Shown: one piece after another, positions 1 to 8,437 of the stretch
Position numbering within the stretch: the first letter of the stretch is position 1
Layout of the letters: every line of letters begins with the position of its first letter
Assembly: GCA_049439205.1 (NCBI GenBank)
Contig: JBMTKF010000003.1
Coordinates: 4,512-68,511 of the forward strand
Length of the DNA: 64,000 nucleotides
Direction of reading: 5' to 3'
DNA from: Flavobacteriaceae bacterium
GTDB taxonomy: Bacteria; Bacteroidota; Bacteroidia; Flavobacteriales; Flavobacteriaceae
Notes under the pieces: generated by a model
The model's database searches: none
What the model saw: the letters and a program-made list of their open reading frames with translations, nothing else
Told to the model about the DNA's origin: nothing
Position numbers and translations under genes: made by a program

Positions 1-515
1 GAAACATTATCCCATTCTATGGATAAATCAATATTTGAATGATTATTACTTAAAAATATTTTCAATTGTTCTACTAATTTAGAATTATAATTTAGCTTTA
101 TTTCTTTACTAAAAACATCAAATGAAGGGTCTGGACGCTCATATGAAGATGAATTAATTTGTGAATTCAATGTGAGTTTCCAATATTTTTCATAAGGGGT
201 TACAAACATGCAATATTTCCCTTGTTTTAGATATTTGCCTGCAAATTTAACATCCTCACTGAAAGTAATTGTTGTAGGAGCATTAGCACCCAACCTCCAA
301 TATTTTCCATAGTGCAGTAATGGTTTTTGATCTTCATTACCGAAAATTAATCGTCCCCTTTTGGAAGGTCTTGAATAGCTAATTTCAATATTTAATCCTT
401 GAAATTTATAAACCTCTGATTCTTTTGGACTTTTTGGATTAATCCAAATGGGATATACTATGTATAGCAATAAAGCTGCAAGAAAAATAAATATGCCAAA
501 AATGACTTTTTTCAT
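1..515 (-). CDS. DUF2911-like secreted protein; the C-terminal end runs off the window start
   Basis: ATG at 515-513 (minus), open to base 1. It is absent from the ORF track because there is no stop in the window. My translation is MKKVIFGIFIFLAALLLY... (signal/TM), then ISYSRPSKRGRLIFGN..LLHYGKYWRLGANAPTTITF...LSIEWDNV. This resembles the DUF2911 pattern as I remember it. Confidence 0.55.
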   Translation of the reverse strand, partial: MKKVIFGIFIFLAALLLYIVYPIWINPKSPKESEVYKFQGLNIEISYSRPSKRGRLIFGNEDQKPLLHYGKYWRLGANAPTTITFSEDVKFAGKYLKQGKYCMFVTPYEKYWKLTLNSQINSSSYERPDPSFDVFSKEIKLNYNSKLVEQLKIFLSNNHSNIDLSIEWDNV

Positions 516-797
516 ATAACTGTGTAATTAAAAAGTTCAAGCAAACTAAATTAAAATAATCTCAAAATCAAATACTTCTAATTTATGTTTTTAAAAAACA
601 AATATCTCCTCTTGTTTTGTTATTTCAGACATAAATGTCTATTCTTCAAAATAATTAAAAGACACCTCAAAAAATCGAAACTATTTAAGACAAACGTAAT
701 ATTTCAATATTTTGGGATTGGTTTATTGTGACTTTGTTTAAAAATTCGAAACTAACTTTAATCAAGGTTTTATAATTTGTCCAAAAAAAATGTGTAA

Positions 798-1667
798 TTA
801 ATCGTTAAATTCAAAAACACGAATGTAATCAACATACATTTTTTGAGGGAATGAAGTATTATCGTTTGGTGGTCCAGGCCATCTTCCACCTACTGCAATA
901 TTAAGTATAAAAAAATGAGAATTCCTAAAAGGTGTATTGAACTTCTCTGGTCTGATGTCAACCTTATGTACCCTTTTTCCATCCAATTTGGATTCTATGT
1001 ACTCATCTGTCCAAATAAGCTCGTATATATGATAGTCACTTGAGAGCGGTTGATTTATTCTAATTGAGTTAGAGCTAGATTTATGATTACCGGATTCATC
1101 CCAGTGTAATGTAGAATGATTGGTTTTATTTTTTGTGTTAGATATTGGATTACCGCCTATGAACTCCATTATATCAATCTCTCCACATTTAGGCCAACCT
1201 ATCTGAGAAAAATTACTGCCAATTGACCAGAATGCTGGCCAAATTCCCTGGCCCCAGGGTGCCTTAATTTTAGCCTCTACCCTCATACCCGGACCATATT
1301 CAATTTTTCCCTGAGTAGTAATTCTTGAGGAAAGTATACTACCATCCCTTTTACCAATTTTTTCATTTGAGGTATTAGCAGTAATAACCAATTGACCGTC
1401 AATAATTTCAGAATTACCTCTAACATATTTTTGCCACTCATCATTTCCCCAACCATTGTTACCGTAACCTTCCTCATAATTCCAATGATCATCATTCAGG
1501 GTGGGGCCATTAAATTCTTCATACCAGATGCAATTAGGACAATTATTATCATAATCAAGAACTATAGATTCGTTGGGGGCACTATTGGACTTACAACTAA
1601 TAAAAAATACCAATAAAACAATTGAAAATAGTCTATATAGTAAACGGAACGAGACTGCTATTTTCAT
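798..1667 (-). CDS. Glycoside hydrolase family 16 (laminarinase / beta-1,3-glucanase type) lipoprotein
   Basis: 289-aa ORF. Lipoprotein signal ...VFFISCKS. GH16 catalytic motif E-x-D-x-x-E is present as GEIDIMEF. WPAFW and NIAVGG motifs are typical of GH16 beta-glucanases. Confidence 0.85.
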   Translation of the reverse strand: MKIAVSFRLLYRLFSIVLLVFFISCKSNSAPNESIVLDYDNNCPNCIWYEEFNGPTLNDDHWNYEEGYGNNGWGNDEWQKYVRGNSEIIDGQLVITANTSNEKIGKRDGSILSSRITTQGKIEYGPGMRVEAKIKAPWGQGIWPAFWSIGSNFSQIGWPKCGEIDIMEFIGGNPISNTKNKTNHSTLHWDESGNHKSSSNSIRINQPLSSDYHIYELIWTDEYIESKLDGKRVHKVDIRPEKFNTPFRNSHFFILNIAVGGRWPGPPNDNTSFPQKMYVDYIRVFEFND

Positions 1668-1933
1668 TTAAATAATTTATTTGATGGACTTTAAAGAAAC
1701 ATAAATTTTTGAAACTCATTTCAAAAAAATATAGCTGCAAAACCTGTTTAAATAATTCAATAAATTCAAGGAGGATTTTAAAAATAATTTTGAATTAATT
1801 AAGAATATCATATTTTAATGATAACCCTCACATAAAAAATATAATTTTCATGTAAACAGATCAGTTTTTGAGCTGAAATAATAGCAAATGTCTAAAAATT
1901 AGTGCATTAAATATATTGTTTGTTTTTTTTTTA

Positions 1934-1941
1934 TAAATTTG
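1934..1941 (+). promoter_or_regulatory. Candidate Bacteroidota -7 promoter box (TAAATTTG) upstream of susC
   Basis: Exact match to the TAnnTTTG consensus, ~125 nt upstream of the susC ATG. No experimental support; AT-rich context makes chance matches likely. Confidence 0.3.
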
Positions 1942-2010
1942 ATACCTATTTTTCTTATGCATGCATATTAAAATAGTTATAAAAAAAATTTTAAAAAACC
2001 TCATATCTAG

Positions 2011-2025
2011 CTATTTACTCTATCT
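2011..2025 (+). repeat. Copy 1 of 15-nt direct repeat CTATTTACTCTATCT (susC 5' leader)
   Basis: Exact 15-mer shared with 6991..7005. Both copies are preceded by AAAAATTTTAAA (1984..1995 and 6971..6982). Confidence 0.7.
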
Positions 2026-2065
2026 AATTATGATTAATTTATTATTATAAAAACAATTTTAACAA

Positions 2066-5000
2066 ATGAAAAATTATTTTCTTTTCATCCTTGTTGGTCT
2101 ACTAACTTTAAATTTAAGTTTTGCTCAGCAAGTGATTTCAGGATCTGTTGTAGATGCTGATGGAGTTCCTTTACCGGGTGTTAACGTGGTTGTAGAGGGA
2201 ACTGGGCAAGGAACTGCCTCTGACTTTGATGGGAATTATGAAATTTCTGTTGAAGATGGTAGTACACTTATTTTCTCTTTTGTAGGTTTTGCTGACCAAT
2301 CAATTACTGTTGGTCAAACAGATTCTTACGATATTCAAATGAGCTCTAACCTTGAACTTTCTGAGGTTGTTGTAACTTCAATGGGTATAACAAGAGAAAA
2401 AAGATCACTCGGATATTCTATCCAAACTGTTGGAGGTGATGAGATTGAAGATGTAAGATCAATGAACCCAATTGAGGCACTTCAAGGTGAGGTTGCCGGT
2501 CTTGATGTTCAGGCATTCAACACGATGGGTGGATCAGCAAACGTAGTAATTAGAGGTTATTCATCTTTATCTGGCTCAAACCAAGCTTTATTTGTAGTTG
2601 ATGGAACCCCTATCGACAATTCAACAGGAAATAGCACTGATATGCAAACTGGTCGAGGTGGTGTTGACTTTGGTAATGCTGCAATGGATATAAATCCTTC
2701 AGATATCGAATCAGTATCAGTTCTTAAAGGTGCTGCAGCTTCAGCTCTTTATGGTTCTCGAGCTTCTAATGGTGTAATATTAATTACTACAAAGAAAGGT
2801 TCTAAAAAGAAAGGTATGGGCATTACTGTTAATTCTCAAATTACTGTAGGTAATGTTGACCTTGAAACTTTACCCGTTTTTCAAGATTCATACGGATATG
2901 GATATGGTCAATATAGAAGAGCTTATATAGGACCATCTACTGTTGCTGCTGGTGAACAGTGGACTGGAAATTATTATGGACAATGGGGAAACAATTCTGC
3001 TTTCTACACTGGTGACGATGGATCATATGGTCCAAAACTTGTTGGTCAAGAAGTTCATCATTGGTACAATATGGTGCCTGAATGGACAGATCTTTATCAA
3101 AGAACTGCTCCAGCTGTTGCACCAAGTGATACGCCCAATGACTTTTTTGAAACAGATGTAACACAACAAAACTCTATTTCATTTGAAGGAGGAGACGATA
3201 ACGGATCCTACAGATTGGGATATACCAACGCACAGACAGATGGTGTACTTCCAAATTCACAGATGTATAGAAATACTGTAACACTCAGAGCAAATAGAAA
3301 CTTTGGAAAGTTATCTGCTGATGCATCTGTTAGCTTTATTAATACTCAAACAACTGGTCGTTTTGGAACTGGATATGATGGACTTAATCCAATGCAAGGT
3401 TTCAGACAATGGTGGGCAGTTGGTGCAAGTATTTTAGAGCAAAAAAGAGTTTTCGAAGAAACTGGAAAAAACTATTCTTGGAACATGATTGGAACCAATA
3501 CTGATGATCCTAATGGATCTCCCAATCACCAGCCATTATACTTTGATAATCCATACTGGTCTAGATATAATAACTATACTACTGATTCGAGAAATAGACA
3601 TTTTGGTAATGTTTCCCTCGCTTATGATTTATCTGAAAATCTAAATATATTAGGTAGAGTCACTTTTGACAATGTAACTGAGGCTAGAGAACAAAGAGCA
3701 AATGTAGCTGTAGGAACAGGCGGTAAAGGAGCAAACTTATTTGATGATCAACCAGGATATCAAACTCAAAATAGAATAAGATCTGAGTATAACTATGATC
3801 TCATAGTAGATTACACTAGAGATTTGACTGATAACATAGATTTATCTGCAATTTTCGGATATAATTTAAGGGTTCAGAATTGGGATCATACAACTGCACA
3901 AACAAATGGAGGTCTTAACTTCCCAAATATTTTTGCATTGACAAACTCAGTGAATCCATTAACTGCAGCTGATGTCTCACAATATGACGCACAGAAAAAA
4001 GTTGAAGGGATGTACACATCTGTTAGTTTAGGTCTTAGTGATACTTACTACGCTGAAGGAACTTACAGAAGAGATAGGTCATCTGCCTTACCAGTTGACA
4101 ATAACTCATATAACTATTATTCAATTTCTGGTTCTGCAATACTTTCTAATCTTATTGAAAGCGATCTGATTTCTTTTGCTAAACTGAGATTAAACCATGC
4201 TGTTGTTGGAAATGATACGGCACCATATAATGTTTTCAGAGCATACACGATTAACCCTGCAATTAATGGAGCTGCATCCGCGTCTAATCCTAGCACGCTT
4301 CCAAATTCTAATCTAAAAGCAGAGACAACAACTGAAAATGAAATTGGATTAGAAATCAATATGCTAGATAGGAAGCTTAGTTTTGATTTTTCATTTTACA
4401 ACAAAACTACTGATGACTTGTTAACTTCCTTAGGGGTTTCTCCTGCAACTGGTTTTTCAGGCCTTGTTACAAATGCTGGAAGCATTGAAAATAAAGGATT
4501 TGAAGCATTAGTTAGAATTAACCCAATAAGTACTGCTGATTTTTCTTGGAATGTCACAATGAATTATAACACCTACACTTCTGAAATTCTTAGCCTTGGT
4601 AACGATGCAACAGGAAATGCAATCCAATATCTTGGATACATGTCACCTCAAGGTGGAATTGAAATAGGAGGACAAGTTGGTGAGCCTTATGGAGTAATTC
4701 GTGGTCACGCTCATGTAAGAGATGCAAATGGAAATAAAGTTTTAAGAGTTAGAAGCGGATCTTATGATTATGCTCATTATTTAAGAACATCTAATTCTGA
4801 TAACGTAATTGGAGATATAAATCCAGATTGGACTGGAAGTGTTAGAAATACCTTTACTTATAAAAACTTTGATTTAAGTTTTTTAATAGACATCCAGCAG
4901 GGAGGAGACTTCTTTTCACTTGATACCTGGTATGGTTTTGGAACAGGCGCCTACGACAGGTCTGTTGGACTCAACCATAAGGGAAACGATATGAGACTGA

Positions 5001-5428
5001 CCATTCCAAATGGTGGTGGATTAAGACTAGATGGAGTAATTTTACCTGACAATGCAGTGATAACAGATGGTGTAGCTAACGTTGCCGGTACTCAAAACAC
5101 CGATGTAATGAGTAGATATGACTTTTATGCAAACCCTGAAGGTTGGACCTCTATCGGAGCTCCACATGAAATGCATGTTCATGACGCTTCATTTGCTAAG
5201 CTAAGAGAGTTAAAATTAGGATATACTTTCCCAGAAAGTGTTCTAGCAGAAACTCCATTTACAAGTGCTTCTGTAGCATTTGTGGGACGAAACTTGTGGA
5301 TAATCGCAAAAAATTCTCCATACACAGATCCTGAAGCAGGACTGGGCGCTGGTAATCGTCAAGGATATCAAACGGGTGCTTTCCCTGCGGTTAAAACTTA
5401 TGGTTTAAATGTCAGGTTTAATTTCTAA
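2066..5428 (+). CDS. susC: SusC/RagA-family TonB-dependent outer-membrane transporter
   Basis: 1120 aa. Signal peptide, then an N-terminal carboxypeptidase-regulatory-like domain (ISGSVVDADGVPLPGVNVVVEGT..DFDGNYEI). Plug region follows, with a terminal ...YGLNVRFNF beta-barrel signature. A SusD gene follows immediately. Confidence 0.95.
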   Translation: MKNYFLFILVGLLTLNLSFAQQVISGSVVDADGVPLPGVNVVVEGTGQGTASDFDGNYEISVEDGSTLIFSFVGFADQSITVGQTDSYDIQMSSNLELSEVVVTSMGITREKRSLGYSIQTVGGDEIEDVRSMNPIEALQGEVAGLDVQAFNTMGGSANVVIRGYSSLSGSNQALFVVDGTPIDNSTGNSTDMQTGRGGVDFGNAAMDINPSDIESVSVLKGAAASALYGSRASNGVILITTKKGSKKKGMGITVNSQITVGNVDLETLPVFQDSYGYGYGQYRRAYIGPSTVAAGEQWTGNYYGQWGNNSAFYTGDDGSYGPKLVGQEVHHWYNMVPEWTDLYQRTAPAVAPSDTPNDFFETDVTQQNSISFEGGDDNGSYRLGYTNAQTDGVLPNSQMYRNTVTLRANRNFGKLSADASVSFINTQTTGRFGTGYDGLNPMQGFRQWWAVGASILEQKRVFEETGKNYSWNMIGTNTDDPNGSPNHQPLYFDNPYWSRYNNYTTDSRNRHFGNVSLAYDLSENLNILGRVTFDNVTEAREQRANVAVGTGGKGANLFDDQPGYQTQNRIRSEYNYDLIVDYTRDLTDNIDLSAIFGYNLRVQNWDHTTAQTNGGLNFPNIFALTNSVNPLTAADVSQYDAQKKVEGMYTSVSLGLSDTYYAEGTYRRDRSSALPVDNNSYNYYSISGSAILSNLIESDLISFAKLRLNHAVVGNDTAPYNVFRAYTINPAINGAASASNPSTLPNSNLKAETTTENEIGLEINMLDRKLSFDFSFYNKTTDDLLTSLGVSPATGFSGLVTNAGSIENKGFEALVRINPISTADFSWNVTMNYNTYTSEILSLGNDATGNAIQYLGYMSPQGGIEIGGQVGEPYGVIRGHAHVRDANGNKVLRVRSGSYDYAHYLRTSNSDNVIGDINPDWTGSVRNTFTYKNFDLSFLIDIQQGGDFFSLDTWYGFGTGAYDRSVGLNHKGNDMRLTIPNGGGLRLDGVILPDNAVITDGVANVAGTQNTDVMSRYDFYANPEGWTSIGAPHEMHVHDASFAKLRELKLGYTFPESVLAETPFTSASVAFVGRNLWIIAKNSPYTDPEAGLGAGNRQGYQTGAFPAVKTYGLNVRFNF

Positions 5429-5453
5429 AATGAATTCAAAATATCAATTAAAA

Positions 5454-6869
5454 ATGAAAAAATTCATATTTCTTACTTTCGCACTTGCTTTAACAGTAAG
5501 TTGCTCCTCTGACGAAGACTATGAGGGTTTAAATAAAAATCCTAATGCTCCTGCTGAGGTTTCAGATACCCAATTATTTGTATCAGCTACAAATAGTTTG
5601 ATTGATTTTGTTGAGTCTACTAACGTAAATGAGAACAACTTTAGACTTTACGCTCAATATTGGACACAAACCCAATATACCGACGAAGCTAACTATGAAA
5701 TGCAAAACAGAGCGATCCCGGACTATATGTTTTCTGAATTTTACAGAGACATTCTTGGTGATTTAGATAATGCAAAAAATTTAGTTACAGACGCTGTTAA
5801 GATTGCGCAAATTGAGCTTCTATCAGTTTATGCATACCAGATGCTTGTTGATGCATTCGGTGATGTCCCTTATACTGAAGCTTTAAAAGCAGGTGCTGAG
5901 ACACCAAACTTAGCTCCAGCGTATGACGACGATGCAACTATTTATGCTGACCTAATTTCACGTGCTCAAGCTGCAGTTAGTGGATTGTCTGGCTCAGGCA
6001 CTGGTTATACTTCTGATGATCTAATTTATTCAGGCTCAATAGCCCACTGGAAGAAATTTGGTCACTCATTATTGGTTAAGTTAGGTTCAAGAATAGTGGA
6101 TCAAAATGAGGCTACTGCCAAAAGTTTGATAGAATCAAATTATGCTAGTGGGATATCCTCTAATGCTGATAATGCTTATTTTCAGTTTGAGAGTTCACCT
6201 CCTAACACAAACCCACTTTGGGAAGATCTTGTTCAATCAGGAAGACAGGATTTTATTCCAGCTGACACTTTTGTTAATGTAATGAATGATCTAACTGATC
6301 CAAGATCAGATAAGTTTTTTGATCCAACTTCATTAATTAACGGGGCTTATCAAGGTGGTCCATATGGAGTTTCTACACCTTTCAATGATAATTCTCACAT
6401 TTCGCAAACTCTATATGCCGCAGACTTTAGAGGTGTATTGATGGATTATGCTGAGATGAGTTTTATTCTTGCAGAGGCAGCTAGAAGAGGTTTTTCTGTT
6501 GGAGGTACTGCTGCTCAGCATTATGAAAACGGAATAACCGCAAGTATGTCTGAGTGGGGTGTCTCAAGTGATCATACTACTGCATATTTGGCTCAAGATA
6601 ACGTTGCATTTGCAACTGCACCTGGTACTGATCATGAAAAAATTGCTAAGCAATTTTGGATTGCAATGTATAATAGAGGTTTTGAAGGGTGGACAGTTTA
6701 TAGATTATTTGATTCACCAACTCTACCAAATGCTGGTACTCTAGATCTTCCTGTTCCAAAGAGATATACATATCCTCAGTCAGAACAGACAATTAATGGA
6801 GCTAATGTGAAAGCTGCAAATGGTGGTAATGATACTCAACAGACTTCAATCTTTTGGGATGTTAAATAA
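5454..6869 (+). CDS. susD: SusD/RagB-family nutrient-binding outer-membrane lipoprotein
   Basis: The ORF track starts at 5409, but MKKFIFLTFALALTVSCSS (lipobox Cys) begins at ATG 5454. Size and position directly after susC fit SusD. An ATG at 5430 is an alternative start. Confidence 0.9.
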   Translation: MKKFIFLTFALALTVSCSSDEDYEGLNKNPNAPAEVSDTQLFVSATNSLIDFVESTNVNENNFRLYAQYWTQTQYTDEANYEMQNRAIPDYMFSEFYRDILGDLDNAKNLVTDAVKIAQIELLSVYAYQMLVDAFGDVPYTEALKAGAETPNLAPAYDDDATIYADLISRAQAAVSGLSGSGTGYTSDDLIYSGSIAHWKKFGHSLLVKLGSRIVDQNEATAKSLIESNYASGISSNADNAYFQFESSPPNTNPLWEDLVQSGRQDFIPADTFVNVMNDLTDPRSDKFFDPTSLINGAYQGGPYGVSTPFNDNSHISQTLYAADFRGVLMDYAEMSFILAEAARRGFSVGGTAAQHYENGITASMSEWGVSSDHTTAYLAQDNVAFATAPGTDHEKIAKQFWIAMYNRGFEGWTVYRLFDSPTLPNAGTLDLPVPKRYTYPQSEQTINGANVKAANGGNDTQQTSIFWDVK

Positions 6870-6888
6870 TTAATTTTTTTTTCAATTA

Positions 6889-6916
6889 AAAAACCCTGCA
6901 GTTGCAGGGTTTTTTG
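6889..6916 (+). terminator. Rho-independent terminator after susD
   Basis: aaaaCCCTGCAgtTGCAGGGttttttg: GC-rich inverted repeat followed by a T-run, 20 nt after the susD stop. Confidence 0.8.
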
Positions 6917-6990
6917 TTGAATTAAGTTTGATTTGATATTAAAACTTTTTTTGAGATTAATCTAAAAGTTAAAAATTTTAAAGCTTATTT

Positions 6991-7005
6991 CTATTTACTC
7001 TATCT
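6991..7005 (+). repeat. Copy 2 of 15-nt direct repeat CTATTTACTCTATCT
   Basis: Exact match to 2011..2025. Lies between the susD terminator and tRNA-Ser. Confidence 0.7.
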
Positions 7006-7025
7006 TTTGACATGGATTGGTTAAA

Positions 7026-7033
7026 TAGATTTG
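7026..7033 (+). promoter_or_regulatory. Orphan promoter-like -7 box (TAGATTTG) with TTG at 7007-7009
   Basis: Matches TAnnTTTG. The 13-mer TTAAATAGATTTG (7021..7033) is identical to 36094..36106 upstream of ilvD. No plus-strand gene lies downstream; it points antisense into tRNA-Ser. Confidence 0.25.
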
Positions 7034-7092
7034 AGTAAGTAAAATAAATTGATAGTTCTAAAATTAGAAAAGGCAGCTCAAGAGGTTGCTTT

Positions 7093-7129
7093 AAAAAAAG
7101 AGTCCTAGAAACGCAGGGATTCCAGGACT
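7093..7129 (-). terminator. Rho-independent terminator downstream of tRNA-Ser
   Basis: The minus strand reads AGTCCTggaatccctgcgtttctAGGACT followed by cTTTTTTT, immediately 3' of the tRNA. Confidence 0.6.
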
Positions 7130-7135
7130 ATAGAG

Positions 7136-7220
7136 CGGAGAAAGAGGGATTCGAACCCCCGGAGGTATGACCCTCAACAGTTTTCAAGACTGCCGCATTC
7201 GACCACTCTGCCATTTCTCC
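7136..7220 (-). tRNA. tRNA-Ser (anticodon UGA), long variable arm
   Basis: Reverse complement is GGAGAAATGGCAGAGTGGTCGAATGCGGCAGTCTTGAAAACTGTTGAGGGTCATACCTCCGGGGGTTCGAATCCCTCTTTCTCCG. The 7-bp acceptor stem is GGAGAAA/TTTCTCC. The anticodon stem is GCAGT/ACTGT with loop CTTGAAA (TGA). There is a variable arm GAGG..CCTC and a T-arm with GTTCGAATC. No encoded CCA. Confidence 0.9.
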
Positions 7221-7228
7221 TTGGTCTG

Positions 7229-7236
7229 CAAATATA
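7229..7236 (-). promoter_or_regulatory. Candidate -7 promoter box (TATATTTG on minus strand) for tRNA-Ser
   Basis: Exact TAnnTTTG match ending 8 nt upstream of the tRNA 5' end. Confidence 0.4.
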
Positions 7237-7299
7237 ATATTTATTGATTTTCAATCCATTGATTTTTCAGATAAAATATCGGACAGTAATTTGTGAAAA

Positions 7300-8430
7300 T
7301 TAATAATTGATATAACCCACAATTTTAAGACCATAACCAGTAATACCTACTCTAGGCTTTTTTTTGGAATTACTTATCAAGTTCAGATTTTTGATTTTAA
7401 GATTATGTAAAATTTGCGCACCGATTCCAAAATCTCTAATATCCATAACGATAGGGGGTGCTTTGTCAACATTACCCTGTTGTTGCATCCCCTTTAGCTT
7501 TTGAATTCTAGAAAGCAGATTTTCTGATGATTGTTGTTGATTGATAAAAATAACCGCACCCTTTTCAGCTTTGTTAATAATAGAAAAAATATCATCCAAT
7601 CCTTTAGTGATTTCTCCTGTCAACATACTCAAGACATCATTGCTTATTCTCAAAGAATTGATTCGGGTCAATACAGCCTCGTTTTCTTCCCAACTACCTT
7701 TGGTTAGTGCCAAATGAATCTGTTGGTTGGTGGTTTGTTGGTAAGCTCTTAATCGAAATGGTCCGAAACGAGTTTCAACTTGGAAATCACTCTTTTTTTC
7801 AATCAAGCTGTCGTGTTGCATTCGATAAGCTACCAAATCTTCAATTGAGACAATTTTTAGATCAAACTTTTTTGCCACTTTAACCAGTTCCGGTAGTCGA
7901 GCCATTGATCCATCCTCATTCATAATTTCCACAATTACACCAGCAGGTTCGAATCCTGCCAATCGTGCAAAGTCAATGGCGGCTTCTGTATGTCCAGTAC
8001 GACGTAAAACCCCACCCTCCTTGGCAATTAGAGGAAATACGTGACCAGGACGCGTAAGGTCATTTGCTCGTGTTTTTTTATCAATCATAGCACGGATGGT
8101 TTTTGAGCGATCCGCAGCAGAAATCCCTGTAGTGACATCATCGCCTCGGTAGTCTACTGATACTGTAAAAGCTGTATCCATAGGATCTGAAGTCGAACTT
8201 ACCATTCGATCTAATTTTAATTTTTTACATTTTTTTTCGGTAAGCGGTGTACAAATCAAGCCTCTACCGTGGGTGGCCATAAAATTGATTTTTTCAGAAG
8301 TAATTACCTCAGCGGCCGCTACAAAATCCCCTTCATTCTCTCGGTTTTCATCATCAACAACTATTATGATTTCTCCTCTTTTGATTGATTCAATTGCCTC
8401 CTCTACAGTATTGAGTAATATTTTTGACAT
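7300..8430 (-). CDS. ribBA: 3,4-dihydroxy-2-butanone-4-phosphate synthase (RibB) fused to a degenerate GTP cyclohydrolase II-like domain
   Basis: 376 aa. The N-terminal half has RibB motifs (DDENRENEGDF, HGRGLIC, TGISAADR, RPGHVFPL, GGVLRRTGHTEA). The C-terminal half is RibA-like in length but contains no cysteine (see findings). Confidence 0.9.
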   Translation of the reverse strand: MSKILLNTVEEAIESIKRGEIIIVVDDENRENEGDFVAAAEVITSEKINFMATHGRGLICTPLTEKKCKKLKLDRMVSSTSDPMDTAFTVSVDYRGDDVTTGISAADRSKTIRAMIDKKTRANDLTRPGHVFPLIAKEGGVLRRTGHTEAAIDFARLAGFEPAGVIVEIMNEDGSMARLPELVKVAKKFDLKIVSIEDLVAYRMQHDSLIEKKSDFQVETRFGPFRLRAYQQTTNQQIHLALTKGSWEENEAVLTRINSLRISNDVLSMLTGEITKGLDDIFSIINKAEKGAVIFINQQQSSENLLSRIQKLKGMQQQGNVDKAPPIVMDIRDFGIGAQILHNLKIKNLNLISNSKKKPRVGITGYGLKIVGYINY

Positions 8431-8437
8431 AGATTTT

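Noticed and set aside
521-801. 11-bp direct repeat TGTGTAATTAA at 521-531 and 791-801, bracketing the whole DUF2911/GH16 intergenic region. Also an imperfect repeat AAAAAT(T)CGAAACTA at about 669-683 and 741-755.
   Set aside because: The repeats are short and AT-rich. There are no terminal inverted repeats or coding capacity between them to suggest a MITE or IS. Excising the interval would remove the DUF2911 promoter. Chance or promoter-related repeats seem most likely.
5409-5453. N-terminal extensions in ORF-track models: susD 5409, GH20 45760, leuC 52124, cimA-like 50031, menD 60019, ilvB 37923, tilS 27405, GNAT 27118, dnaK 56527.
   Set aside because: The extensions overlap upstream genes or start at non-ATG codons. 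Conserved N-termini or signal peptides begin at downstream ATGs, so I used those starts.
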